A DNA stretch of 62,271 bases, filler included, from Nemertoderma westbladi (GCA_032718475.1; 3 parts of 3 records of this genome joined end to end with filler, not necessarily neighbours in it); one strand, 5' to 3'; numbered from the whole stretch's first letter, positions 12,751 to 25,691 are shown. Program-made: numbers and translations. Notes: a model not told the origin generated them from the letters alone.

Positions 12751-13941
12751 TAAAAAAACTAGAATCACTATTTTTCCTGATTGGTTTTAAAGAGGGTACC
12801 TAACAATGGAAACCACAACAGCTGGATAAAATAGCAGTAGCCCTTAATATTACTAGAATCACTGTTTCAGAAGCCCTTAAAACAACCAGAGGCACTATCT
12901 GGTAACACAGGGCCAGTGACAGAACTCACAAGCATCCATTAAATTGACAAACACTGTGGGTGAGCCACAAAAACAAGTGAGCTTTGAATATGAGTACCAA
13001 TCTCAACCTCGTGTCTGACTGTCAGTCTGCCTGTCGGTTGGTTGGTCGGTCCATCTAATCTTTGAATGCTAATACTGTAACTCAACGAATCTTTGATGAA
13101 GTTATACCAAACGTGGTACCCAAATAGTATGACAAAAGTTTAGAAAGTTCTCAGAATTTTGGTGGTTCACCACTAGAAGGCACTAAATATCACTCCATGT
13201 CTAGGCTAATAACTTTTGACTCTAATCTACTTCTTATAGAAGTGGATTAGGTTGGATAGTGAATTTCAGTGACAGTGGCGTAACCAGACCATGGCGAGTC
13301 GGGGCGACCACCCCGGGGCGCCAGCTCGGTGATGAAACACGAAACGAAACACATGAAACCCCATCCACAAGTTCATTATATTTCCAACACAGTATTGTAA
13401 ATGATATTTACGGGACAACTAACTGGCAGAGAGAAATGAATAAGATTGGGTAGTGCAATATACATACATCAATATAATGTACATACTGTACATATTGTAC
13501 TATTAAATCTAGCAAATTTTTTTTATCTTGCAAAATTTAGATACTACTGTCTGAGTGTAGGTTAGAGGGAAATTCGAAATAGGAATTGCTGGTAACTTAC
13601 TGTTGTAGCATTGTTGGGTATTTTAGGACTAGTAATTTGTTTACATCCAACTGACCGTATTTCTTCGAATAAGAGCCCACCCCCTCGAGTAAACGCTCCC
13701 AGGCCATCCTCATCCAAGCATCTTAATTAAACGCCTTCCTCGAATAAACGCCACGGTGTTTATCAATATGTATTTCACCATGTACTGGAATATAAGGTCA
13801 AAAAAGTCCCCCCCCCCCCCCCCCCATAAAAAAAATTCGACAAATAGCAGTGATATTTAGTGATTAATTTATTTTATTTTCTTACATTTTTATACTGTAC
13901 ATCTGTAATAATTTAAAATCTAATTAGTTAGTATTGATGTA

Positions 13942-14855
13942 ATTGTGGCGTGTCAAGTAGAAACGTATAGTATAAAAAAAAGTCGTTCTGAGAAAACGCA
14001 TTTAAAGATTTATGATATGTTTATTTTTCTTCTTGCAAAACCGCATGGGCTAGAACGACAGTTTCCAACTAAAATTTTACGAGGAATGCGAACATTTTGA
14101 TTTAAACCACGTCGACGCAATCGTTCGTTCGCAAATATCTAATGACAGACAGACTGACAAAATGACGGACAGTCAGACAGGCTGACAGACAGTCTATATT
14201 TCGTGAAATGTGAAAACTGACATCAGAAATGAAATCACGAACCCGCGAAACTCCCATAGCGAGAATTTTAGTTAGTTTGTATGCTTTCTTAATGTTTGAC
14301 GGACAGTCTGACAAAAAGATGGACAGACAGACAGCTGGACAGGCTGTATAGATTCCATTAGATGTGAAAACAGATATCGGAATTGAAATCACGAACCCGG
14401 AAAACCTCTTTAGCGAGAATTTTAATTAGTTAGTATGTTTTTTTAATGTTTGACAGACAGTCTGACAAAAAGACGGAAAGACAGACAAATGGACAGACAG
14501 TCTATATTACGTGAAATGTGAAAACTGACTGACATCGGAAATTAAATCACGAACCCAAAAATCCTCTATAGCGAGAATTTTAGTTAGCCTGTATTCTTTC
14601 TTAATGTTTGACAGACAAACAGACCGACAGACAGAAATATGAATGGATGTCGGGTGTCGATTAGAACTTTGAACTCGTCTTGAAGAAATTTTGAGCGATT
14701 ACCCTTTAGTTTTCGTAAAATTATTCCAAAATAGAAAATGATAGAAGATAAGTGTTTTATACCATTAGATAGGCCGGAAAATTCTCTACCAGAATCGACC
14801 ATAAAAAATCGATTTTCTGATACTATCTATACGTTTCTACTTGACACGCCACAAT
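13942..14855. mobile_element. TA-flanked MITE with ~29-bp TIRs and GACA-rich internal repeats
   Basis: ATTGTGGCGTGTCAAGTAGAAACGTATAG ... CTATACGTTTCTACTTGACACGCCACAAT, flanked by TA. Right end duplicated at 15516-15720. Related pieces at ~30600-31790, ~34780-35200 and ~57026-57225. Confidence 0.8.
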
Positions 14856-14937
14856 TATAAGTAACGCGCAACATCTTTGCTTACAAGAACAGATGTAATA
14901 ATGTTATAATTTTTAATAAAAGTAAGTAAGGCAAACA

Positions 14938-15056
14938 GTTGCTAACAGTTTATCCCCATGTGCCGCTATCAGTATCATGTACTGCCTTCCAAGTATAATA
15001 TCAGTGCCGTCCCCTTCTGATCCTAGAAGATATCTCCACAACTTGCTTCCAGACAC
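14938..15056 (-). pseudogene. Fragment copy of the 5' part of the beta-trefoil/aerolysin gene
   Basis: Near-identical to 18744-18878, with a 17-nt deletion between ACT microhomologies. Confidence 0.88.
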
Positions 15057-15974
15057 TACAATTTTTGACTGTGTTTGTTATTGTTTCTGTAGTTTCTTTA
15101 ACTGTACATCAAAATTCAACCAAATGACATCACTAAGGGGGGGAATAGAATGTACTAATAATTGATGACATAATTCATATAATTAATAATTAAGTAAAGC
15201 TAAAAATGCGGTGTTTGCCAAATGCTGGTAGAGCCCTACCCCTCCTCCAGCAAATTTAGGTATTTCCTAGCGGCAAACACGTGGGTAATACCTACGTTTA
15301 GTTTTGTGAATATCATTAGGTATATACCACGTGTTTACTGGCAATCATGTCCAGTAATTACCTAGTAAACACCTCTATAAAAGACCTATGTTTAAGGTAT
15401 TTACCATGTGTTTGCTTTTCGTGAATACGGCTTTGGGCGAGTTGTTTGCCAGTAGATAATACCCAGCTAGTAACTACCTAGCTGGGTAATACCTACTTTC
15501 GTGAATACGGCTTCTGGTGTCGATTAGAACTCTGAACTCGTTTTGAAGAAATTATGAGCGATTACCCTTTAGTTTTCGTAAAATTACTCCAAAATGGAAA
15601 ATGATAGAAGATAAGTGTTTTATACCATTAGATAGGCCGGAAAATTCTCTACCAGAATCGACCATAAAAAATGGATTTTTCTGATACTATCTATACGTTT
15701 CTACTTGACACGCCACAATTATAAGTAACGCGAAACATCTTTGCTTACAAGAACAGATGTAATAATGTTATAATTTTTAATAAAAGTAAGTAAGGTATAG
15801 AGGTTATTAATACCTTCGCTAAGAAAACCCTCGTAAAGTTGCCATTTTAAATATTCAATTTTTTTCGCTTCTTATTGTTAATGGGGGGCGGGGGGGGGGG
15901 CTTATCAACTCTCGCCCCGGGGCGCCACTAACCCTGGATACGCCACTGGTCAGTGACAAGTGGCTGAACTGGTT

Positions 15975-16020
15975 AGCGCTACTGATGAGGCCTGATAGGC
16001 TGAAACGTACGCAGAGCGCT
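15975..16020 (+). ncRNA. Minimal type I hammerhead ribozyme, mutated copy (family 2)
   Basis: AGCGCTA-CTGATGA-GGCCT-GAT-AGGCT-GAAA-C-GTAC-G-CA-GAGCGCT. Core present but the cleavage triplet is GCA. Confidence 0.75.
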
Positions 16021-16321
16021 GGTTCAACCCCCAGTGACGCGCTTTCCCATTTTTTCCATTTCTGAACAAAACCATAATACTACATCTTTAATTACAGTTG
16101 CATTAACAGCTCAACTCCAATTTATTTATTTAATATTATTACCTGGCAGCAATACTCGAGCTGAATATTTATTTATTTGTACTTTCCTCCTGTTTCACTC
16201 TAACATACTTGAGGCCGGTAGGTCCGCTGTTAGAGATAGGATATGCAACTTGAGACAGCCTGTTCAATAGAAGTGGATTACGTGGGATAGTGAATGTCAG
16301 GGGCAAGTGGCTGAACTGGTT

Positions 16322-16367
16322 AGCGCTACTGATGAGAACTGATAGGCTGAAACGTAGGTATAGCGCT
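16322..16367 (+). ncRNA. Minimal type I hammerhead ribozyme, second tandem copy (family 2)
   Basis: AGCGCTA-CTGATGA-GAACT-GAT-AGGCT-GAAA-C-GTAG-GTA-TAGCGCT. Stem I and the GUA triplet are intact, stem II is mismatched. 347 bp from the first copy. Confidence 0.75.
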
Positions 16368-16479
16368 GGTTCAACCCCCGGTGACGCGCTTTCTCATATC
16401 TGAACAAAACCATAATATTACATCTTTAATTACAGTTGCATTAACAGCTCAACTCCAATTTATTTATTTAATAACGTTT

Positions 16480-17015
16480 GAACCACTTCATAGATTTTCA
16501 GTGACCTATCGATGAACTCAATTCACACATTCAGACATATTCTGTGAGTTTTTTGTCGAACCAATCCTTACAATGGCGTAATATTTTAGGGTGAAAGGGT
16601 GCGGTGTGTTTGTGAGCGTGGGGCGCTTATCAGCGTAGTGTGCTCCGACTGAGGTTTTACCTGAACCTTGTTTATTTGTATTTTTATTAAGACAAGTTAA
16701 ACAAGCTATCAACAATTCACCGTTCGCGCAGAACCCAGTGGTGTCAACTACAGGCCCAAACTGAGAAACATCCTAATTAAGTACAGAATAAATCCACCAC
16801 GGTGCCCAGAACTGGATAACACCACATGTAACGCATGCTCCCATGGTGGGGTTACTCACTGCACTGATAAGAACACAGTGTATCATATAAAATGTACAAA
16901 CTGAACTGACGACTACATAGGAGAAACGTTCTCCCAGATGAGGAACACAATGTCACACCGCAATGCCATATGCAAAAATACCCAAGGTTCAGGTAAAACC
17001 TCAGTCGGAGCATGA
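16480..17015. mobile_element. Penelope-like element remnant (GIY-YIG endonuclease) with internal inversion
   Basis: Plus frame from 16755 reads PKLRNILIK...CPELDNTTCNACSHGGVTHCTDKNTVYHIKCTN*TDDYIGET. CAAGGTTCAGGTAAAACCTCAGTCGGAGCA occurs at ~16983 (+) and inverted at ~16641-16670, continuing on the minus strand as TSVGAHY...PFTLK/ILRHCKDWFDKKLTE. Confidence 0.82.
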
Positions 17016-18001
17016 GTATATGTACATCATTTTCTTCCTTTCTCAGCAGTAGGCTGATTGGAACATCCTCATGGGCGTTCCAGCTCCGGGTATCCAAGTT
17101 TGCTATATTCGTTCCTCCCTGTCGCTTGTTGTTGTCCCGGGTAGTCTCTCTGTTCGCTGTATATATAAGCAAATATACAGTACTGGAGTGCTTGTACCGG
17201 TAACTGCTGCACTGTACTTGTACTACAGTACTAATGTACCAGCAGTACCTGCTAACAAACTGCCTAATTCACACGAAGATAGTATTAGGTACTTGAATGT
17301 TGATATCAATGGGATTCTGAGGCATAAAGTGACGTCACGACCAATCACAGATCGTTTTCAAATTTTCACTAATTTTTGAACTGAAAACACCAATATCTGA
17401 TTATCTCAATTCCAATATCTCAATTATCTCGGCTATTTTAGCATCTTATTTAATTCTGTAAACGCCATTATGTTTCTCTGACTGATATTATCGCATTTAA
17501 TTAATCTGGTTTTAAATATTATCGCATTTAATTAATCTGGTTTTAAATTTGAGTCGTGAACCCCATTGTTTAAATTTTCTGTTCATACTCCAACCACTTT
17601 TAGTTCCAGTATGAAAAACATAGATAAGATCCTGCGTCCTACAGAGTATTCATTATCAAGGAACATCCAAAATTGTAAGTAATGCATTTTTTCAACATCA
17701 ATATATTAAACACTAAATCAAATAGTAATTATTTGAAACTGCCCCTTAACCAAACTTCACATTAAATAAATAGATTACATTAATTTTTTTTTTCTAATCT
17801 CAAATAATGAACTTGGCAATAACAGGAAACCTATTACATTATAATCCAACATTAAGAATAATATTTTGAATTACTTCACTCTATACTTTGTTATAGTAAC
17901 AAGTTTTATCAAGTAACACAGAAAACTATCCGAAATTTCTTTCAACAGTGACCATAATATTTTGTTAGCAGGTGTTCATTATACGTAAAGGTGTAAATAG
18001 T

Positions 18002-18937
18002 TCAGAACTCCATTATTCTTGATATTTCATATGCGTTTTTATCCATTTCGACATTTTTGAAGTGATTTGCCTTTACTGTGAATGGGCCATATTTACCAAA
18101 CGCTTGGTACAGCAGGAGATATGATCGTGGGGGGACAGTAGTCGATATAGTCAATGTAGTTTCTTCTTTAAATGTCTGAGATGTTGAAGTTCCCCAATTG
18201 TAGCCAGTAGTACTGCTAACACTGGCAGAGAAAACGCCGCCAAAATTTAATCCGGCCTCCAATGATGTTGATGTATTCTCCATGTAGCTTTCGGTTTCTG
18301 TGGTACTCATACCGATTTTCCGAGCAAACCTCATAGAACCTTCAGCAGAGGAATCCAAGTTATCAAACGAACTAATTAACTCCCAGTAGTCAATCGGAGA
18401 CCAATCTTCCTTACTACCTTTCTTCCACCCACGAAATTGCTCCCAAGCAAGAATTTTAGCTCCATCAGAGGTCACGTGACCTTGTACCTGCGCTGTGAAA
18501 TAGTTACCGAAAGCGTGACTTTTTATCGCGATACGATCTTCATTCTCGTTTATTTCTATGATAAATTTTTCCCAACTACCTATAGCTTGTCTATCAGCTC
18601 TTATCTGCCCATCGGCCTGTCTCGATATGTATAATTTATTCCAAGTCATCAATGCTACCGTGCCATCCTCCATAAAAATTGGCTCAAAATAATTCAAATG
18701 TCCCAGTTGAGTGCCAGACTGATAGATGTTGTAGTAATCATTGGTTGCTAACAGTTTATCCCCATGTGCCGCTATCAGTATCATGTACTGCCTTCCAAGT
18801 ATAATATCAGAGCCGTCCCCTTCGGATCCTAGAAGATATCTCCACAACTGTTCTCGGTTTGTGACTTGCTTCCAGACACCGAAGACACCATCTAATAGTG
18901 CAAATGTCGATAATAAAAATATAACAAAACGAAACAT
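18002..18937 (-). CDS. Secreted fascin-like beta-trefoil plus aerolysin/ETX-MTX2-like pore-forming protein (311 aa, intronless)
   Basis: Signal peptide MFRFVIFLLSTFALLDGVFG. Three fascin-type repeats (DGTVALMTWNKLYIS...IGSWEKF; RIAIKSHAFGNYFTA...LAWEQF). S/T-rich strands flank an amphipathic hairpin TSLEAGLNFGGVFSASVSSTTGYNW, followed by a VPP motif. Confidence 0.8.
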   Translation of the reverse strand: MFRFVIFLLSTFALLDGVFGVWKQVTNREQLWRYLLGSEGDGSDIILGRQYMILIAAHGDKLLATNDYYNIYQSGTQLGHLNYFEPIFMEDGTVALMTWNKLYISRQADGQIRADRQAIGSWEKFIIEINENEDRIAIKSHAFGNYFTAQVQGHVTSDGAKILAWEQFRGWKKGSKEDWSPIDYWELISSFDNLDSSAEGSMRFARKIGMSTTETESYMENTSTSLEAGLNFGGVFSASVSSTTGYNWGTSTSQTFKEETTLTISTTVPPRSYLLLYQAFGKYGPFTVKANHFKNVEMDKNAYEISRIMEF

Positions 18938-19084
18938 TTTTATGTATTATGGTATTATGGTTTTGTATTATTTCCTAAAATTAACTTTAGAAAGACTACT
19001 TCAGTAATTTTGGGTTATGATGTGATGTGACCCTGGAAAACTATTAATTATATATAATTTTTAATTAGTTATATTGATAATTCT

Positions 19085-19850
19085 TTAAACCTATTAATAA
19101 CGGGAAATAAAATGTTGTACAAATACAAAGTGGGTAAACTTCACTAGAGTGAATCACAACGTAAAAAAATACGAAAAAATTTAATGGGGTGGTGTTTTTG
19201 CAGCACCAAAATTTCGAGTAGTGAACAATTTTCACCTGTAACCAGCACATTTCAATTTGAACACAAAAAATTTAATTGATTTACAATGCTATATATTCAC
19301 TTTTTCGGTTTTCTGGGGCGCTGATTCTAATGGAATTAATTTCAAATTTTCCAGTTCCAGTTCCATTTTCCATTTTTTAATTGCTACGCGTATTTTTCGG
19401 TGTAATACGGCAAATTTTGGTGCTGTCACCAAATTTTGTACCCATCGCCAGAAAATTCAAGTTTGAGAAAATTTGCGCCCCAGAAAATCTAAAAAAGTGA
19501 ATTTGCAGCATGTTATAAGTAAATTTAATGTTTTGTGTTCAAACTGAATTGTGCTGGTTACTTGTTTTTTTTCATTATTGCCTACATAGAGGAGTAAAAT
19601 CGGTCGTTTATAGTATCCAGATGATCTTCCAATGGATTAAGCGCTACAGAAAACCTATAGAATAAAAGATTAGGTGAAAATTGTAACTTTCATATTTTTG
19701 GAAAATTGTTCACTACTTCAAATTTTGGTGCTGTAAAAAAACAATCCAATAAATTTCTTAAAATCTAAGTACAAATCAAAAATCAGTCGTTTTCGTTACA
19801 CTCGTCGTTTTCGGTAGATTTTAAAGGGGAGGGGGGGGGGGGGGGGCAGG
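19085..19850. mobile_element. Rearranged copy of piggyBac-like family A just upstream of the toxin-like gene
   Basis: Shares GCAGCACCAAA, TAACCAGCAC and AAATTTTGGTGCT blocks with 160-560 in both orientations. Begins TTAAACCTATTAATAACGGG, a degenerate TIR. Confidence 0.6.
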
Positions 19851-20367
19851 ACAATTCGGTCCCGGACAATTCGGTCCCGGACAATTCGTTCCCATTAATT
19901 TTGGGCCCATTAATTTTAGGTAAAGTTGAAAGATATAATGGTAAATTAATCACAGTTTTTGCTTTGGTCTTTATACATAATTTTTATGTGAATTAGACAT
20001 TTGGTTCAATGAAGGCAATATGATTTATATAAGAGTATAATTATGGTCATAGAATTGTTAATAGAAACAGAATTGAATGCAAATAGTATATGAGATAATA
20101 CTACTAGTGTTTTCTGGGTTTGAGTACTACGGATCTAGAGCACTGTTGTTATAACTGACAGTTCAATTAGACAATTGGTTTGATGTTGGCACACTGCAGG
20201 AGTTTATAATATTACTATTGCTATGCTATAGCTGCCATTGTTGAGCGTATGTGGGCTAGTGCCGTTTTTTAAGATTAACGTGTACCACCTGTACAAAGCT
20301 CCATATATATTTTATATTATCTACATGCCACATCGCAACTGCATTTAATTTATGCTATGCTGACTTT

Positions 20368-20467
20368 NNNNNNNNNNNNNNNNNNNNNNNNNNNNNNNNN
20401 NNNNNNNNNNNTTAATTAATTAANNNNNNNNNNNNNNNNNNNNNNNNNNNNNNNNNNNNNNNNNNNN
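20368..20467. other. Artificial assembly gap with six-frame stop linker
   Basis: 44 N + TTAATTAATTAA + 44 N. Confidence 0.97.
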
Positions 20468-20566
20468 TATTTAATGTTTTAAAAAAAATTTTGTCGTAAC
20501 AACATTATTTAAATTGGTGTTTTATTATTTTTTTGGTGAAATTTTACCAATTTTGGTGTGTCTTTC

Positions 20567-20851
20567 GCCCATGTGAAGAATGCCAGGTTTTCACTTTTCG
20601 GTCGAAATTCTACTGGAATTTTATATTTGAAGAATTTATATTTTTTTAAATTGTGTGTTTTTAAATTAAAAAGTGTTTTATAACGCTTATTTCTGTCTTA
20701 TAACCTGTATAGATACTTATTCGTTTATTGTTTTGGTTAGATTCAGCCCTTCTGAAACCTGTGATTTTAGTGAAAACCTGGTATTCTTCACATGGGGGTA
20801 AACTCCAAAGTGAAATATAACAGTAGAAAGTCTGGTATACTTCACATGGGC
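20567..20851. mobile_element. ~280-bp MITE with GCCCATGTGAAGAATACCA-type TIRs (other copies 24498-24775 and 34147-34418)
   Basis: Inverted termini GCCCATGTGAAGAA / (T)ACTTCACATGGGC. Internal TAACCTGTATAGATACTTATTCG is shared with 34240-34265. Confidence 0.75.
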
Positions 20852-22375
20852 CGAGAATTAAATTGGTAGCCAATTTTAATTAGGCTTTGGGGGAAATAAG
20901 TACTCCTTTTTCTCCCGATTACATTCGAGCGAAAAAGTAACAATTTAAGATTAAAATATCACATTAACTTTTTTTACTTCCTTGTAATTCCCGCGTTGTC
21001 GTCCTGACACCGAAGTTTTCATTATTTGGACAGGGTTGAATTCCTTCCCGTAGAGATTGCGTGCATTTTCTGCAGTATTATTGTGAAATAATAGTTGTAA
21101 CATCAATTTGGGGAGATGAATTTATATAGCAATCAATAATGATGCTATGAATGCTGCAGCTGGTGTCAGCTGTTTCCCTATAGGATATTGGTCTGGTTAG
21201 TTGACTAATTAGTTAATGTCTAGACGTCTGCGATAGAACCACATGCTTCTAAGTTTTAACAACAGCTGCTGCTGCAGACTCAATATATTCTCATTTCCAT
21301 CCATATATCCTCAATACGCCAATAGCCGCGCGAATTATTTAAAATAGTTTTACTTATTAATATTAATTTTAGTTTGAGCTTTGAAAGATTTATTAATAAC
21401 TTAGAGATATACAAACAATACATACATCAGCAATACAGAACATGGCCGGAGTCATGATTTTTGTTGGGAGGGGCAGAAGTGAGAAAAGCGGGCAATTTTG
21501 TGTAGGAAATCACGAAATCCAGTTCCGCAGTTTTATTTAATATGAAAAATGATGAATCATGTTTTTTTTGCCGTGTATATGTATAATATAATACATTATT
21601 ACAAATGAGTTAACATATTGCCACTATTGATTTGAACCAATTTAATTGTGTACTGAACACCCAATTATATAACATATTGATAAAATTTGCAGCTTAATAA
21701 AGCAAGGTAATTATTAAACGCAGCAAATTATTAAATTATTATGAAAGTGAAAGTTATAAGCCCTCTATCTACAGTACCTCAATAATGCCCTGATTTATAA
21801 AACGACTCTTACTGTAGCCAATAAAGTGATGGATTATTATACCTATATATCGGACCTATATACATATTATACAAAACGAAAGACACTTAACAAATAACGA
21901 TTTATTATATCACAAAAAGTAGCTGTTTTTAAACTACATCGTGTTATTTTTATTTCAATAGTTTATTTCGGTTACACTCGTTCATAGTTTGTAGCGGTGC
22001 AATTAGAAAACAAGACATTGCGATCTATTCTGTGTTGGGCTAGCCACGAAGTGAGCGAAGCCTTAGCATAGGGGTACCATTTATTGCCGAGTTGTCGGTC
22101 GTCGTCGTCGTTAACTTATTATACGTCAAAAGTTAAGAAAGAATCTAAAGTTTGGTCAAAAATCAGAAAGTCTCTCACTCAGTACAATTAGTTTCAGACT
22201 TTTGATCAAAACCAAAATAAGTCAGTCAAATATTGATGAAATTAAACCAAACTTGGTAAACATGTAGTCTGTCAAAGGTTTAGAAAGATTCTGAAATTTG
22301 GTAAAAAATCAGACTGATTGTCTGTCGGTACCGGCAGTTTCAGACTTTTTATAAGAACTGAAATCGGCCAATCAT

Positions 22376-23970
22376 TGTCTGAGAACTTCCCGTGTTACGC
22401 ATAATTATTTCTACTGAGAACTTCCCGTGTTACGCATAATTATTTCTAGGAGATCTTCCCGTGTTCCTATAACAATTTATACTGAGAACTTCCCGTGTTC
22501 CTGTAATTATTTCTACTGAGAACTTCCCGTGTTCCTATAACAATTTATACTGAGAACTTCCCGTGTTCCTGTAATTATTTATACTGAGAACTTCCCGTGT
22601 TCCTGTAATTATTTCTACTGAGAACTTCCCGTGTTCCTGTAATTATTTCTACTGAGAACTTCCCGTGTTCCACATAATTATTTCTACTGAGAACTTCCCG
22701 TGTTCCTGTAATTATTTATACTAAGAACTTCCCGTGTTTTTGTAATTATTTCTACTGAGAACTTCCCGTGTTCCTATAAATATTTTTTACTGACCAGTCA
22801 TGTGTCCCTGAGAACTTATCGTGCTCCTGTAATTATTTCTACTTGAGAACTTTCCGCCCGTGTTTCTATAAATATTTTTTTACCGGTCAGCCTTTGTCCT
22901 TGAGAACTTCTCGTGTTCCTATAATTATTTCAACAGATAACTTTCCGTGTTCCTGTAATTATTTCTACTGAGAACTTCTCGTGTTCCGATAATTATTTCA
23001 ACAGAGTACTTTTCGTATTCCTGTAGTTATTTATACTGATAACTTCCCGTGTTCCTGTAATTATTTCTAATGAGAACTTCCCGTGTTCCTGTAATTATTT
23101 CTACTGAGAACTTCCCGTGTTCCTGTAATTATTTCTACTGAGAACTTCCCGTGTTCCTGTAATTATTTCTACTGAGAACTTCCCGTGTTCCTGTAATTAT
23201 TTATACTGAGAATTTCCCGTGTTCCTGTAATTATTTCTACTGAGAACTTCCCGTGTTCCTGTAATTATTTCTACTGAGAACTTCCCGTGTTCCTGTAATT
23301 ATTTCTACTGAGAACTTCCCGTGTTCCTGTAATTATTTCTAATGAGAACTTCCCGTGTTCCTGTAATTATTTCTACTGAGAACTTCCCGTGTTCCTGTAA
23401 TTATTTATACTGAGAATTTCCCGTGTTCCTGTAATTATTTCTACTGAGAACTTCCCGTGTTCCTGTAATTATTTCTACTGAGAACTTCCCGTGTTCCTGT
23501 AATTATTTCTAATGAGAACTTCCCGTGTTCCTGTAATTATTTCTACTGAGAACTTCCCGTGTTCCTGTAATTATTTCTACTGAGAACTTCCCGTGTTCCT
23601 ATAACAATTTATACTGAGAACCTCTCGTGTTCCTATAATTATTTCAACAGATAACTTTCCGTGTTCCTGTAATTATTTCTACTGAGAACTTCCCGTGTTC
23701 CTATAACAATTTATACTGAGAACTTCCCGTGTTCCTATAATAATTTATACTGAGAACTTCCCGTGTTCCTATAATTATTTCTACTGAGAACTTCCCGTGT
23801 AATTATTTCTACTGAGAACTTCCCGTGTTCCTGTAATTATTTCTACTGAGAACTTCCCGTGTTCCTGTAATTATTTATATTGAGAACTTCCCGTGTTCCT
23901 GTAATTATTTATACTTGAGAACTTCCCAACCGTTTTACCGACCAGCCTTGTGTCCCTGAGAACTTCTCGT
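22376..23970. repeat. 34-bp satellite, ~45 copies
   Basis: Unit CTACTGAGAACTTCCCGTGTTCCTGTAATTATTT. Period 34 (AACTTC at 23041 and 23075). Confidence 0.97.
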
Positions 23971-25691
23971 GTTTCTGTTGGAATGGAAAGGCGAGTCTTT
24001 ACCAAGGAAACTGGCTGAGATCAATTGCAGCAATATTCCATCAACATCAGCGTTATAAACTTGACGGGGACATCCACCTTGTACTGTCTGACTGTAGGGC
24101 CCTGAATTTTTTTGGAGAATTGTAATAAATAACCTACACTATTCGAATATTCGGCTCAAAAAATATTCCCCGAACATAAAATTTATAAAATAATAAAATA
24201 TATGACTGCAAAGAAACTTTCAATATATACGTCCTAATACAATAATAACATGCTTGTTTTTTTATAAATATAGGCGTTATGCTTTTATTTAAAAAAAAAA
24301 AAAAAATCAAGCATAATATCCTATTATATCATATTAATACAATATTAATATATATACTATATTAATACCCTATAATATCCTATATAGTATAATATATATG
24401 GCCTCTATTTAAAACAATTAAAAAAAAACAAGTAAATTTGATTTAATGAATTAAAATTGATCAAGTGACAATTAATTATTCAGTGTTATTATAAAATGCC
24501 CTTGTGAAGAATACCAGGAGTTATATTGGGCTTTTATTTTATACACCCAATGAAGAATTTAAAAAATAAAATTTAGTATTATTTTTTAAATTTTCCTTTA
24601 TGTGTTCTATAGCGCTTACTTATATCTTATAACATGTACAGATACTAAGCCGTTAAATGTTTGGTTAAATTCAGACCTTCTGTAACCCGGGTTTTTGTGA
24701 AAACTTGTTATTCTTCGCATAGTGTAAACTGCAAACTGAAATATACAGCTGAAAGTCTGGCATACTTCACGTACCGGTATGGGGCGTATAAAATTTAGAG
24801 TTTTCATTAAAATAACATAAGTATTTAAGTATCATATTAAAAATATTTTGATGATTAATAATATTCTAATATCGAATATATAGCGCGATAAATGCCATAT
24901 ATATATTGTATACCGGATCCAACTCACTGTGTGCAAAAAGCCAATTGGGGTGTCGTTTCAGCCTTCTCATAGGGTTAATATTAAATTAATATTGAAAAAT
25001 TAGTGCCTAGGAGTAAAGGTTTTACTGTAAATTGTATTCCTAAATTTAGTTTATTGTTTTGGTTAGAAAAGCCTGCCATTATAATCTGGTACTTTCCTTT
25101 AAAATGTACCTTAAATGATGAATATCGAAATTAATATGTTAATTAAAATATTAAGTTAATATGTTAAAATAGGCTGAATAATATGCGTACTGAATATATA
25201 TGTAGTGTGTTAGAACATTCACAGAGACACAAAAAATAAATTCTAAATTATATAACCGCCACTATTTAGTTTCTGCATTAAGTTCTGTTACATCAAAGTA
25301 AAAAATAAAAGACCTGCGGGCGGGTACAGCCGTACAGGTACAGTTCCAACTACTCGACACAGCCACCACTGCGGCGTGCACAGCACATCAACTAGACCAG
25401 TAGACTCCCCAATAAATAAAAGGCGGTTTCGAAGACTCGGCGTTTTTTTTAGAACAAACTCAAATTTACAGGATGTCGATGTAAGCTAGACTCTACGGCA
25501 GCTGTTGTTGATACCCAGTTTTGTTCGCGAAATGGTAAATTAGGTATTCCCGTGATTACATGTACCGCGTACCGGTACAGCAACAGACCACATCAGTTTG
25601 TTGCTACCGGTTCCAGGTTCGGTAACCTCCGGATGTTGAGTTCCTTACCCGCCAGGTCGACACTGCTACCGGTAAGCGTTATACGACTTAC

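Larger units (their letters stand above)
13273..15948. mobile_element. hAT-like non-autonomous element carrying nested insertions
   Basis: Termini CAGTGGCGTA / TACGCCACTG. 8-bp TSD TTCAGTGA (13265-13272) / GTCAGTGA (15949-15956), 7/8 match. The uninterrupted host sequence is seen at 16270-16320. Confidence 0.8.

Noticed and set aside
20412-20423. TTAATTAATTAA palindrome inside N runs (also 46631-46642)
   Set aside because: Artificial linker. Adjacency across the gaps should not be assumed.
22376-23970. CRISPR-like array (also the 28-, 33- and 42-bp arrays)
   Set aside because: Units are contiguous with no unique spacers, there are no cas genes, and the context is eukaryotic.
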